Shown: in pieces, positions 1-14,149 of the stretch
Position numbering within the stretch: the stretch's first letter is position 1
Layout: the number at the start of each line of letters is the position of its first letter
DNA from: Trichoplax adhaerens
Taxonomy: Eukaryota; Animalia; Placozoa
Length of the DNA: 64,000 nucleotides
Assembly: GCF_000150275.1 (NCBI RefSeq)
Contig: NW_002060946.1
Coordinates: forward strand, 4,793,454-4,857,453
Direction: 5' to 3'
Notes under the pieces: model-generated
What the model was told of the DNA's origin: nothing
Seen by the model: the letters and a program-made list of their open reading frames with translations, nothing else
Databases searched by the model: none
Program-made: the position numbers and the translations under genes

Positions 1-3000
1 CGAGTCAAAAACGATACTGGTCATATAATAATCTTAAAAATTCTCGCTTAGCAGTAAGTAAACATGTATAAGGCCCAACCAGTATTGATGTCGATAATTC
101 TGATCCTGAATGACCCAAGCGATGGTGCATGACAGTCAGAATCTATACCGTACTCCTGAATTTTTACCATTTCCGATCGCGTGTTAGAATGCTGACAATA
201 AACAGACTACCGACTGTGTCAATATGCTCATCTTTTACTACATCATTTAATTAATATATAATATCTTGTAATCCTATAGTAATCGATGCAACCGGAAAAA
301 TAGGAGCTGGAATCTTAGTCGGTAACTTAGTTTGGCTGGGCTCGTACGATGAATGTCTGAGCATAAAAACTACTCATTACTGTACCGTTGCAGCCACAAT
401 CATTGACCCGAAACATAATCAGGTATGGTAAATTGCAAAATGGCGAAAATTATAATTCTATCGCGTTAAGTCTTCTACAGTGTAAATATATGGCATAACT
501 GGATCCATATCAGCATAGCATTGATAATATATGATAATTACTCCTTCGCCTTTCAATCAGAACTCAAATGAATTAATTTTTCCATTAACTTTCATAATTA
601 ATTAATCAAATTGACATTTTTAAAACGTGTATTTGTAGTCTTCGGTATTACGTTGGGGTGTATGCTTACCTAAAGGCTGCAATGAACAGGATATCGCTTC
701 ATCAATTGAATTTTTGTTAGGTAAGAATTGCATTATTTGATTGCCTTGATGCCGTAAATTGAGCAAATATGAAAGAAAGGCACAATAGTATTTTACATAT
801 AATCTTCATTAATGGATTATAATTACTAATCACTTTTTACTTCTCTTATATTAGATATCTTTCATATTAAGACAGTTAAAGTATACGGTAGCACAGTCTA
901 CTGTGCTCACGAATCTCCCTATACTTTTGGCAGTATTTTCACAATGTAAGACTTAAGATGCGTTGCAAGTAAAAATGATCATCTCATATAATTTGAAATT
1001 CGCTTATCTGCAAAGTACCAATTGTAATAGCCTAATTAAGAAGCAAATACTTGCACATTTTCCTATCATATAAGTGCACATGCTTAAAGCAGGATAACAT
1101 GTATATATTTCAGTGCCAGTTATTATTACCATGAAGTAATTTATAATGTTGTTCGCATTTATTCTTTAACAATAGACTGACTTTAGTAATTGTACTTAAT
1201 GGAATCCGATGTATTTTTATTACAGAGTATTATGTGGTATATTATTAGTCCTAGTTATTGTTGGTACCATTATTGAGGCATGCCAAATGCGTAAAAAGGA
1301 TCAGAGGTTGCATATTTACGAAGATGCCAACACTATCAAACCTATTATTAATGAAGATACTCCACTGGTGAATACGTTGTCTGTTGGTGAGAACCTATAT
1401 TTTAAAGCAATAATTCATGATAAACTATCTCACGAACTACTGTATATTTCAGTAATATAAAATATCTGATCTTTATATTACACAATTCTTCATTAAATCT
1501 ATCTTTTCATTTTTATAGAAAAGGAAAATCATTTAATAACAGAACTTTTACTGGCCTTTTCTGTACGAAAAAATTCAATCGCTATCTTCAACACCAGCAG
1601 TTCCGCTAAAAATGTGTTATGCCTTAACGGTTTACGCACCATCAGTATGTTTTGGGTGATATTAGGTCATACATTTCTTTGGCCACTTATAACGGGGAAT
1701 TTAGGTAAGTATTGTTGCAATTTACAAATAACATAATTTATCTTTGATCAGTTACTATTGTGCAGTACTACAGCTGTAATTTGCGCGGATTAATTGCGTA
1801 GCTTATTAATGAGCATATAGAAGTATGTTAATGGGTCCTCGTAATATCCTTTTACAGAAAACGTTGTGATTGGCCTAGAACAACTACACTTCTTTACTTT
1901 TCAAGCAGTTAGCAACGCATTTTTCTGCGTTGATAGCTTCTTTTTTATCAGGTAAGAACATTACTATAATTTATGAGATAATATTAAGCATAGGGAGCTT
2001 TCGATATTTTTGTTTCTAATAGTGATAAACGATGGATTCAATCTTTATCTAATCATGATTCCAAAATTTTAGTGGTTTTCTAGTTTCTCTTTTGAGTCTT
2101 CGAGAAATGGATAAGAGAGGTGGAAAATTTCCTGTTATCACATCTTACATTCATCGATTCCTACGGTAACTACCGATATTAAAATAAACGTTTTAGTTAC
2201 TAATATCTTTATATAAATGATTTTAATTTTGTTTATGGGATAACTAGTCTTTAATGTTTCTTAAATCAGGATAGTTCCTACTTACATGTTTGTAATACTT
2301 ATCTGGACAAATGTAATGCCACATCTCTCCTCTGGACCGTTGTGGTATGTAAATCAACAAGGAAACGCATGTACTAGTTATTGGTGGACAAATCTATTGT
2401 TTATAAACAACTTTTGGCCAACTCAATTAGCTAAAGAGGTAAACTTTAGGGATTATCACCACTGAGATATCACGCATTATCATAAAGAAAAACAATTTAG
2501 GCATACCGCTAAAAGTATTAATCATCTGCATGCGCAATTGGCTATTGTAAGTGTGAATATAATAATTCATTTATACGTTCCTATTCAGTGTATAGGATGG
2601 TCATGGTACCTAGCAGCAGACATGCAATTTTTTATCATAAGTCCTGCAATAATAATACCATTACACAGGTATATCCAAACCTCACGTCTAAATAATGATT
2701 ATAAACTTACTTTCTTACCGTCAGACTCCCTGCTCCATCTTATTCTCTTAATTATGCTTTCAGATTTCGTCGTAAAGCTTTAACTATACCTTTTGGTCTG
2801 ATAATGATCAGCGTTGGTATTAGTGCAGCCCTTGCTGCTGTATACAGATTCGATGCTTCACTCATAGCGAACACAATAAGCGGAGGGTATGATAACAAAA
2901 ATAATACAGCTACCTCTCTATATCCAAGTTGCCTTTATATTCATATTCACTTTCGTATACGTACATGTTTATTCGATATTAGTATCTGAAGATTGAATGT

Positions 3001-4125
3001 ATGAAAGACATAGCTCTACACTTTTAATTAACAGGCACACCAATACAATGCATCGAAATGTATTAATATATTCTATTGTTACTATTAATATTTAGACATA
3101 GAGATCCTACTGATGTTATGTACGTAAAGCCATACTGTCGGATACAGCCATATCTTGTCGGTATGATGCTAGGATATCTGATCTACGAGAAGAACTTTCA
3201 AAGTAGTAAAATTTCAATGGTAACGGCAAAATTCTAATGAAAATAGTAGCACTGACTTTACTCATAATGTTACAAATAGCGTATGAAGAGTTTTCCCTTT
3301 CTAATTTAAACAACATTTATCACAAGTTAACTCGGTTACATTAACACTATGTTGCTAGATAAAATTAGTATTGGGTTGGGTTCTATCAATATCACTTGGA
3401 TTAGCCTGTGTCTACGGCTTGAAAAATGAGCTTAATAGATTTTGGACTGTTGTTTATCTTGCAACATCAAGACTAGGATGGTCTGTTAGTTTATGTTGGG
3501 TTGTGTATGTTTGTCAAAATGGTTATGGTGGTAAGATGAATGAATAGCGGTTAATAGTGAATTCTCATCGATTAAAAATTGAAATTGCGTTTTTAGTAGT
3601 ATTGCATAACTCTATATTTATTATATACCTAGTATTTGCAAATACTGTGCTATCGTGGAAATTCTGGATACCACTTGGCCGTTTGACGTTTACGGCGTAT
3701 CTACTCCATCCAATAGTTCTTCAAGTATTCTATTCGGGTTACAGATCAGGTCTTTACTTTTCGACCGAATTAATTGTAAGTTAAATTGGTGTATGCATAC
3801 TGATATACGAATAGATAATTACCGGATTAAAATACCGTCTGTAATATTAAAAGATATAACTGTATAAACTAATTTCACTTCTTATATTGTATTGGATATG
3901 CTACTGACTTCAAGTCATATCTGGTACTTTATCGTAATTAAACAACCTTTCACTGAATTATTCTGATCATCTGCATACAAATTTTAGGTTTATCTATTTG
4001 CAAGTATGGTTACCTTATCGTACTTAGCTGCGTATGGAGTATCCGTCTGCGTTGAGTATCCATTTGCGAACTTAGAGAAAATAATCTTTGATAGAGTTCT
4101 AAAAATAAATCGTCGTGGATCTTAA
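1..4125 (+). CDS. NRF-6 / O-acyltransferase-like (OACYL) multi-pass protein, NRF domain plus acyltransferase-3 domain; multi-exon, 5' end upstream of window
   Basis: Hand-spliced exons encode IDATGKIGAGILVGNLVWLGSYDECL (NRF domain), CLNGLRTISMFWVILGHTF, VDSFFFISGFL, YWWTNLLFINNF, CIGWSWYLAADMQFF, YVKPYCRIQPYLVG, WIPLGRLTFTAYLLHP, and end VEYPFANLEKIIFDRVLKINRRGS* (TAA 4123-4125). Confidence 0.9.
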
Positions 4126-6274
4126 CTTTTATCATGTTCACTTTTTAAATGATACACTATCGTCTATTGCTGTAATTATCATTTTAATTAAAGAGGTGGA
4201 ATCTGATCTTGAGATCAGTTTCAATAGTCTTACTTTAGTAAGAGTATTCGATATTGACCGTACGACAAGTGATGAGTAATCTTTCTTTAGTAAAACGTTA
4301 CTGCGACAGTAGCGTTTCTAAAATACGTTAGTGAGTTCCATTTAGTCACGATATGCGTACCTTAGCAATCGATAAATGATTTTATGGTAATATCTATAAG
4401 GAATTTTTATTTTATTATAGACACGTAATGGTTCTGTACGAACACATTTTGAGTAGATTTTCAACCTAATCATGATTGGAGGTTATATCACCTCCACTTA
4501 CACGTTACTGTTATAAATTAATCGTACCAATGATTAATAAAGCTAAGTAAATGTATACATGAATTATGAATTGATTTTAAGACGTCAAACTACATAATAA
4601 TCAGAACGATAACATCTATAATTGGTATTAGTTGATTTAGAAGTGAAAATTTACGGTTAACCGAGTTAGTATAATGATACTTTATTAAGTAATAATATTT
4701 AATGATCACCCAAAGTTGTTCCCTATTCACATAGTAGTATGTCAGTCAAGGATAGTTTAATGTTGAATATGCACTGTTGCTATCGAGAGCGGGCCAATTT
4801 CTAGTACACTATGTAATATTAGGTAATATTAGATGAATACCTATTTTGCATGATTTTAGACACCATGCATGTTACGAATTTACAATTACATGGAGATGGA
4901 ATAATATTCATCATAAAAAAAAAACAATAACATTACAAATTTTAAATTTTCATACTCTCGCGAAAAATTTGTTGCTGACGAAGCGAAGATAGTAACATTA
5001 TTATTATTTATTTTTTCTTGCATCTCTCAGATTCGCCTAGAGACAAAGATTTTATAGATATGAGAGAAATTATATACGCGTATATTAGTTACTGATACTA
5101 TTGTAAAGGAAATGATGATATTTATTATTAGTGATTTTGTTATGTGTGCATCCAACTTTATCGAACTAGTTAAGCATGAAAGGGGCTATCCAACTCATAG
5201 CTGTATGTTGAATATACCCATGTTATAAAACATTCTATGTAAGTACATATTAATCTATATTATGCCATGTTAGGCTACAGTGCTGCATCTTCAACTTGGC
5301 GATAGCACGACGTTTTAGTTCGATATGCAGTAAGTACATATGTATACGCGTCTCTATGGATATACATATACATACGCGTCTATATGGATGGATATACGAC
5401 GTATAATATTCGCGTATACCATCATTAGCGATGCCATAGTTACTCCAGCATACGCCAATAACCTATATCGATTTTAATAACGTGTTATTCTCTACAGATT
5501 TATTTCTCACATGGACTTTAAATAAGAAAGCTGTGGGTTGCCGTTAGTAACAGACATCTCGAATAGCACAATTACCCTGCATCTTAAGGACATTTACCCG
5601 ATGCCCATGATAGCTATGATGGTCTTGGTAAATGCTCTCATTATTTGATTATTGACTATTGTAGTACTCGATGCATAAAAGGAAGAGTAATCCAATTCTG
5701 GCCATGGATTGCTAACCAATCTATTAAAATAACTACAGTAGATCAAGCCCTAATGGATTTCTGAGTTCAACACTATATGAAGTCGTATGAGAAAAAGGAT
5801 CAGTAAGGCAGCGCAATAACCACAACATCAACTGTAGTAATCGTATTGGTCGTACAGTATTGAATCAAACATTCAATAGCCATACTGTCTCCAACAATCG
5901 ATACATTTTCAACTTGACGCTGCAAACAACAGCAACAGTAAGAGATTAAAACTACTGAATGAAACACTGTACTACAGCATGCCGTCGACTCCACTAGCTA
6001 AGCCCACTGTTGCTGTTGTTATCCCTAGTTGTAGCAGTGCTACGTGATACTGAATCAAACACTCTACTACATCAGTCTAGCACCACATCGCTCCAAGGCT
6101 GCAGGTGCATGCTGCGTCCGCTTTGCTTTGCTTCAATTTCGTCCATTTAATCCGTAAAAATATCTCAATCGGCGTTGTATTGCCACTTTTCAAGTGCAAG
6201 ATTAGTTGTTCAGTCAGTTTAGTTTGGATTTGACCTAACGGTAACAGTCATATCGGTAAAATATCCAATCTATC

Positions 6275-9270
6275 ATGCCTTATAACAATAGTGGTGGCGG
6301 TTTTCGTGGTGGTGGTGGTTTCAGAGGTGGACGAGGAAGTCGTGGAGGTTTCCGAGGTGGCCGAGGAGGACGAGGTGGTCGCGGTGGAGGCAATCGATCT
6401 TTCGAGCAAGATTATGGCCCTCCTGAGATAGTCACAGGTTCAAATAGGCATTTACTCTTTCTAGATAGGTCTAATTTGATGCTAATTTGTTGTAGATTAC
6501 AGCAGCATCACCGTTCTATTCGTTATATCTGCTGACAGCGTGACTGTCAACTTAGTGTTCGTACATGTAAAGTGCAGGTAAAAATGTTGATCAATAAAGG
6601 TAGCGATCATCCTTGTATCTTGAGCTAGGCTATCCTCTCCATCAACCCTCTTATCCCTCTGATTAATTGATTCTATGCATGTAACCTGCATAAAACGATG
6701 ATAACTTATAGTAATGATAATGCTTAACATGTAGTATACTTATCACGCAGAATATTCCATTTTTTTATGTAATGGCGTTGATGCTAAACGGACCAATGCT
6801 ACGCGTACGTTATGATAGCGTATCCCAACTGGATTTGGATTATATTATACAACGATCATTCATTCCACATCAATTATACGATTAGTTATTATCTAGCTCA
6901 AACTACAGTGAACGTGTCAACTAATGAATTTTATCCAATTTTCACCCATGCTTACTGTGTGGATGCTTCATGGTGATCAATACTCTTAGTTGACGTTACC
7001 TTATTGGATTGTTATCACAGATATGTGGCCTTGATGTTATCAACCTCAAGCTGCATCCACCACCAAATCAATCAAACTATTCGATTATGTCGAATTATTA
7101 GGTGCTACTGTACATCATGATAAGTTATCCTATGCAACTTGATTTAACTAATAAATTATATAGTAGAGAAAGTGGAATGTAGTCCTGATATATTTCCAAT
7201 TATAAGTTACCTGCCGATCGAATACTACCTTAGATTTCATATACGACTTTTAATCGTACCTGCTATAAATATCGATGCCGTATCATGACAGCTTGTCCAA
7301 TTTTGCAATTACGTTTTAGAAGGTATACTTTTACTGATGAATTTTCTATCAAATCATTAACTAAACCAACAACATCGCAACTAAACTGCGACGAAATCAT
7401 GACCTCAGTAACCAAGGATATCTCTACCTTCAGAATTTGGATATTATACCCGTAGTTATCTAATTTTACTCGTAATTACTAAACGCACGCTAACTTCATC
7501 ACAACTTGCTCCGTTCAACTTCGTTTTGCGCTGTATGCTTTGCTATTTTTCATAAAGTCGTTTGTTAGATCAACACTATCACCTGTTGGCTGTTATGAAA
7601 TCGTAACCTTAGTAACTCAAGATCTGCTTTTCTACCTTTCAGAATTGGGATATGTTGTTCATCCTTGCGAAGGAGACTTGGTTTGCAAGTGTACAAGCGA
7701 TAAGATTCCATTCTTCAATGCTCCAATTTATTTAGAAAGTAAATCTCAAATTGGAAAAATCGATGACGTCTTTGGTCCTATGAACGACAGGGTAAGAGTT
7801 GAAAAATCCTACAACTTCACCATGATATCAATCCTGGGATTGAACTTTAGCAGTACTCGCGTTTAGTTTGATAATTACAGAAGCCTCATTCTCTCAATAA
7901 GTATCAAAAACACAACTTGTACACGTATATTATAGTAAGCCGGTAGTAGTAAGGCATAGTGACTTGAGATGATTAATTAGAACCTTTATTATCGCACGTA
8001 TATACAGTAAATATACCGTACAGCAATATTGACATGGTCAATTTCAACTAGTAATCTTTGGATTACTTAAAGAGAACATACGTATGTAGGTTGTAGTATT
8101 CTCTTGTAATGATCCTAATTTTGCTACAACAAGACTTAAATTGCTCATCATGATGATACCTGCTAACTCAATGTCATTGCTTTGACCATGATCATTGTCT
8201 TCTGATTAGTATTTCACGATCAAACTATCCTCAGATATGGGTGCATCGTCTTTTAGTAGTAGCCAAAAGGTAAGTATAATTAAGTGACATCACATTATCC
8301 ATGCGATTTGATTATGCTCTTATAGTTGTTGATAAATTACGCCTTAACAGCCTCAATTCTTACCAGAAAGTTTTTCGTTACTGGCATATTTATAGTTCTT
8401 TATCGATCCTGCAAAATTGTTGCCTCTTGCTCGATTTTTACCCAAATCCTCTGGCCAAAGTGAGTAAAGCTCCGCTTCATACAGTATTTCATTTTTAAAC
8501 GAAATTACAAAATAAGCTCATCTCATATTGCATAATTTTACTGTAATATTGATTAATCAATACGCATAATCATGTTTTAATCGAGGAAATTTCTGTGCTT
8601 TGATAATTTTTGCTAATACTATATCATGGGCATAGCAACTTTCTCAAGTCTAAATAAGTTTAATCTCAATACTCGGTGAACAAATTCTTGTCACCATAAT
8701 GCAGTTACGAACTAGCTTAAAATTTGAATAATTCAACTCTTGAAGCTAACAATTTTAAAGAATAAATTAAAAGTACAATTTGACGAATATTAATAACTAA
8801 TTATCAATAGGTACTCCTGGTGGCCCCAGACGAGGACGTGGAGGTATAACATATAGATTTTATAGCCCGTCAGGATATTTATATAGCAGTTCAATGTGGC
8901 CTAATATCATTCGTTAAACTAATTGCAGGAGGACGGGGCAGAGGTGGCTCCGGATTCCGTGGTGGATCACGAGGTGGATATAGAGGCGGTGGATCGCGTG
9001 GCGGAAATAGAGGCGGCGGCGGTTTTCGCGGCAGAGGTAGAGGAGGCGGTGGATTTCGTGGAGGTTTCCGCGGAGGTATATATAATAAATTTCTGTCGCG
9101 TATAACATACGCGTATAGAACATAAATAAGATAATACATATCTGTATCACCGCTTCTTTATCACTTAAATTATTTATATTACCATATATTAAAGTTTGCT
9201 CTTAGTCACCTTCGTCGTTGCTAATACCATACTTGATTGATTCTAATTCTTATTGTTTGTAGGGCGATAA
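6275..9270 (+). CDS. GAR1: H/ACA ribonucleoprotein complex subunit 1 (GAR1); exons 6275-6437, 7643-7791, 8210-8269, 8396-8459, 8811-8843, 8929-9075, 9263-9270
   Basis: N- and C-terminal RGG repeats flank the core [53 protein letters not shown]...[16 protein letters not shown]. All introns are GT-AG and in phase; the last coding exon is only 8 nt. Confidence 0.95.
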
Positions 9271-10450
9271 TGTATACTTCACTGGCTTATTTCCGAGAAA
9301 ATATATCGACAGCCTATACTGTGTAAAACTAATACTGTGTTGTTCTGTTTTATCGAAAAAATTCCAATTGTAGAGGGAGAAGATAGTTCATCAGCAAACA
9401 CTCTTCAACTGCACAATTTTTACTTCAGTTACTCACATCGAACCAAGTGTAAAAACTGCCTTGTTATGTAATAGATACGTACATTACTATAAAGATTTCG
9501 TAAACTATTTGGAGCTTAGGAGGAATGTATTTCATGTTCTACTTAGCACAAATAAGTTATAAAGTTACAATTTATCATTTCTTAGAAAATTATTTAAGGT
9601 ACAACGCCTCATTAAACCTGATTTGTCCAATTTGTTAAATATTTCTTGATGAACCAGAAATAAAGTAAAAAGCTCTTTAAATTTATAGTATTACTTTTGA
9701 TTACAGCCATGACTTATATTCAAGATACATTGCGCTAGTACCAACTAATTTTTTTTACAGCGAAGCCATTTAGCCAACAGAAACAATGAGTAAATTGAAC
9801 ATCAAGATGTTCGTTCTTTATTGAATCTTTTGCCAAGATCACGAGTTTAAAGATTAGGTTCTCAAATAGTGTCTTGTTATAACAGAATCATTGATAATAT
9901 TGAACTGCTACAGTATCATTGTATTCATCAATAATATTGTCTATCATATAATAATACATCATATGGATAAAGTCTTGCAAACTCATAGTGAATAAGCGTA
10001 GTAACTTACTGGTTTAATCTAGTCAATTTAACTTAGTGCTAAATGACACATACTCTGCATGGTACTTGACATGAATACAATTGTTATTAAATTCTCGTAA
10101 GGTTTTCTACGCCTATTGTCATACCATCATAATATCAACCGAATCATGGCATCTTTGCCCCTAACCCATCATTTATTATCAATACGCTATAGGATGTATA
10201 AAAATATTCCTCTCGCATAATTCTGGTTGCGATATAAGGTACGAAATGAGCATTTACAACTACAGTATTACAAAAAAAATTTATAAGACTAATTTCCAGA
10301 CGATGATAATGAAATAAAACTAGAGGAAAGAACAACAGAAAATATGTTATTACAGTAGCCATAAATAATACAACATGCCAGGCAAATAGTTTAGAGATTA
10401 TTCCCTGATTTTCTAGGTCATCTCCTTCCAATATTTTTTAAGAGTGATCG

Positions 10451-12848
10451 TTATTGACGATAATTGGAAGGGTTAATTTTCCTAAATGAAATAAAGATAT
10501 GACGATAATGAGATGGCGAAATATTGAGGTACTATCCGGTATAATTTCATAATCCAGCTATTATTAGCTGATATTTTTTACTTTACCTTGTAACAGACAT
10601 ATTTAAAATTGATTTTGAAGTTGTCGATTTAGAGACTGATGGAGGTATGAAAACACCTTTACCAATCGGTTTGCCGGTATAATATTGTTTAATTGGTTTG
10701 CCACCTCTTTCTTCAGAATGAGTTGGATAAGGGCTAAAACATCCACTTTTACAACCCCCAGGCTATGTGAATAAAGAATTGAAATTTCATTGTACCGTTC
10801 AAGATCTATTTTAATTGATTTAGATACTTTACAGGTCAAATTACTAATAGATCTAATCATTTATTCAGTTATAATAAGACTTTATGAAAAGCAGCAGATC
10901 AACTTTTAACGTCCGAAAAATACTATTTCAAACTTACCGATTTAGCTGGTGATGTAGGCTTAAAAGGCTTGACTAATTTCTTTTCTTTAGGGATATTTCT
11001 TTGCTTTTGTGTTCGAGAATTAGATTCTGCACATAGATTAAAACCCTTTTGAGTAACACTACAGAGTTCAAACATTTGTCTTCCTTCTTTTTGATCTTAC
11101 TCAATGCGACGGTATTTATATTTGTATTTCGCGTCAATAAATGCATTTTACTTATAAATTACTATCTCAACGGCTCTAATACATACGCTTTTCATAAGGT
11201 CTAAATGGATTCTGATCGAAATAAGCTCCTGTTTTCAATGCAGGTTTAAATGCTGCACCTTTTCTTTTTTCATAATGCTCTCTAATTTCATCCTACACCG
11301 TCATAATATAGGGAACGATTAGTTAATTAAAAATTAAGTAACTTCAAGATTAGGACTAATTCAAAACATTCAATTTTTATAAAAGTCTAACCATAGCGAT
11401 ATCTTTATCTTTGTCGTATTCTTCTGAGGAATAGCTTGGATATGGATTGATAGTCACATCAGCGTATCTATTATTATTGCACAAAAATTGAAATTAATTT
11501 AATGGTGTTTGTTATGTCAATTATTACAGGTAGACGACGAAACATCGCTCATATTAGCCAATCATGCTTAATTTTAACATCTTTATCAAGTTCATTTTCG
11601 CTTTTAATGAGCTATATTAGAACACATCTGAAGAAAATTTTCATACACAGAAACTTACCCATATCCGGATCCTTTCTTGGCTGGATTAGTCATAATATTC
11701 CGTTTGGTAACTCTTGCCTTAGGCTGACTTCGGGTAACAGGATCAAAAGCTGGTATAACTCCACTAAATGTTCCATAATAAGTTCCGACGCCATTTCTGA
11801 ATTAAATGAATTAAAATTTTATATACTATGAAATTCTGGTGATAGTAATGCCGTACACTATATCCTAGTTTGTGGATATCGCTGCCAGTAGTCGAATAAT
11901 CTAATATGGACAAGCCTAAACTTACGGTTTTATATCGCCATGGGTAGGTATAAATGCTTTGCCTTTATTCTTTTTAGCATCTTTAATTCGATCTTGTCGG
12001 CGAGTCTTTAATATATCAGTATAGGATTCCCCCTACATTACAAGGTGAAAATGGGTGTATTATGATCGAATAGAATATCTCTACGAGTCTTTAAAACTAG
12101 TACTTTAAAGCATTTTATTTACGAAGCAATAATACAGCAGCTCTTTAATATGTCGTTATTTCGCCTTTGATAATATGCAATTAAACCCCTAATCCTATAA
12201 CGATTCAGGCTATGCTTTAATATGTCTAATATGTAAAGGATGTTATCGCAAAACAGCTGCAGTTTTGTTTATCAAAAATATCTATATAAGCACATGAAAC
12301 TAACGAAAGTACTTGTTGTTATTTCGCATTCGACGTAATCAAACGCTATATACGCATGTTGAATTAATATAACAATAGACAAAGCGATATTTACAAATTA
12401 GTTAAGAAGGATTACTGTAGTAGATGTATTATTATCAGATAATCTTAAAAGATCACATCTTTACCTCCATAACACGACTAAATTCGCGGAAATAGCCATC
12501 ATTGCTTCCACATTTCATTCTACCTCCACCCGGTAACATCTGTTTGCCTTTATGTGCATTGACGTTAAAAGTATCTATAATACAAAGATGCATGAAAGGC
12601 CATTAACGAATCTGATGGCAGTATAACTCCAAGTATTAAATAGAATATAGAATTTCATATTTACTAATTAAAAAGTGCTATTGTTAACGTAATACGAATA
12701 TATAAGAAATATTGACTACTAGTCATTTGCCTACATTACCTGCATGGATATTGTTTTTATATGGATCGCCAACACTGATGTAATTCATTTCGCTAAAAAT
12801 ACCCAAGGTATTTAAAGCGTTTTTCGCTTTCGGATCAGCTGAAATCAT
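10451..12848 (-). CDS. CFAP96: Cilia- and flagella-associated protein 96 (C4orf47/UPF0602 family), multi-exon
   Basis: Spliced translation MISADPKAKNALNTLGIFSEMNYISVGDPY...KGKQMLPGG...GYF...GESY...KKNKGKAFIP...GVGTYYGTFSG...NIMTNPAKKGSGYG...FKPTSPAK matches recalled C4orf47 motifs (GLFSEMEYITVGDKY, KQMLPGG, GSYYGT, TNPGKKGTGYG). Ends KINPSNYRQ*. Confidence 0.88.
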
Positions 12849-14135
12849 TTTCTATTAGCGAAATGATGAGTTGATTACACTGAGATTAGTGGGTTAATTC
12901 GATTTGAAACGATAAGTCTATTTCTATAACTGATATGTAACTGTTAATCAATCTAAAAACCAATATAGACATTGAAAAATTCATGATCATTGATCAATTA
13001 ACTCTATCTATTCAGAGAATGGGTGAATAAAATAGATGATTGGATGAAAACCACCTATAAATATTTATGGTAATCATTCATTTTCTTATCAATTCTCCTG
13101 AAGTTGTATTATTTATCTAACTCGATATAGCATGCAACCATAAGATTATATAGTTTAAATCAGTTATTCTATCTTTTAGAGAAATAACATAATCAACATA
13201 AACACATTCATTACTTAAACGAACTCATACATATTGGTGATTGAGAAATTAGCAAGAATAAAAGTATCAACTTAGATCACAACAAATTATAAAACTGTAC
13301 GATTATCTCAACGTAAATTAACGTAAAAGGCCTTCAATATATAGAATATGAATGACGAACAAGGATATTTTACATTACATGACTAATCTACTGCTTATGG
13401 AACATAAAGCATGGTAAATACGTCGTGATAGAATAGTAAATTTGAAAGCATCAATCTATCGAAACAAGATGAATCAGCAAACTGCACTGCACCATAAAGG
13501 ATGTTAAATTCGACCAGTAAATTCTTACAAGAGGTTTCATATGTGATATTTCTGAGTATTATTCCATCATATCTAATCTATTTCAAAAGTTAACAGTTTC
13601 CTTGACATTTACAATCTTTTCACTATTTATCCAGCTACGACGTCTAATGCACTAATTTAACGAAATGTGATTATGAATGATCACTAAATTACGGACTACA
13701 ATTCTAATCTGAAATAGAATACTATAATCGAAACAAATCAACTCACTCTCCTAATCTATTTAACTGCGTCCACTTTAAGAATATTTTAAAGATGAATTTA
13801 TATGTTTGACGTGATTGTGTCTTCTTTTAATCTAAATTAAGATCACATTATCTATTAGGGTTGTGGTTCTCTTCCATAGAAATTTAATAAAAAGGAAGAT
13901 TAAGATCAAAACCAAATTATACTGTCAATAAGTAACACAATTTAAAATTTGATTACCTTATAAGCTATCGATCCGATATCCCTCTATCTTCATAAAGTTA
14001 TAACTGCAATCCGTAAATAAATTTAGTAAATTTAGACAGCTCTGATAGCACGATTAAAATCGAATCTATCCGAAATATTATCATTCCACTATACTGCAGT
14101 ACGTCGAAATAGCAAAAGTATACAACTCTTACTTA

Positions 14136-14149
14136 GTTACCATAGCAAC
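14136..14149. promoter_or_regulatory. RFX X-box near the putative TSS / first non-coding exon of CFAP96
   Basis: GTTACCATAGCAAC fits the X-box consensus GTNRCC-AT-RGNAAC. It lies ~1.3 kb upstream of the CFAP96 ATG, next to a minus-strand GTAAGA splice donor. Confidence 0.75.

Noticed and set aside
7331-7410. CTGATGA...CGAAA as a hammerhead ribozyme in GAR1 intron 1
   Set aside because: Stem II lacks its closing pair, there is no UH triplet after stem III, and stem I cannot form.
8150-8205. C box ATGATGA and D box CTGA as a C/D snoRNA
   Set aside because: Only ~56 nt long, the D box abuts the 3' splice site, and I recognise no rRNA complementarity.
8891-9150. Pro/Arg-rich and other ORFs overlapping GAR1 exon 6
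   Set aside because: Antisense or off-frame shadows of the RGG-coding repeat.
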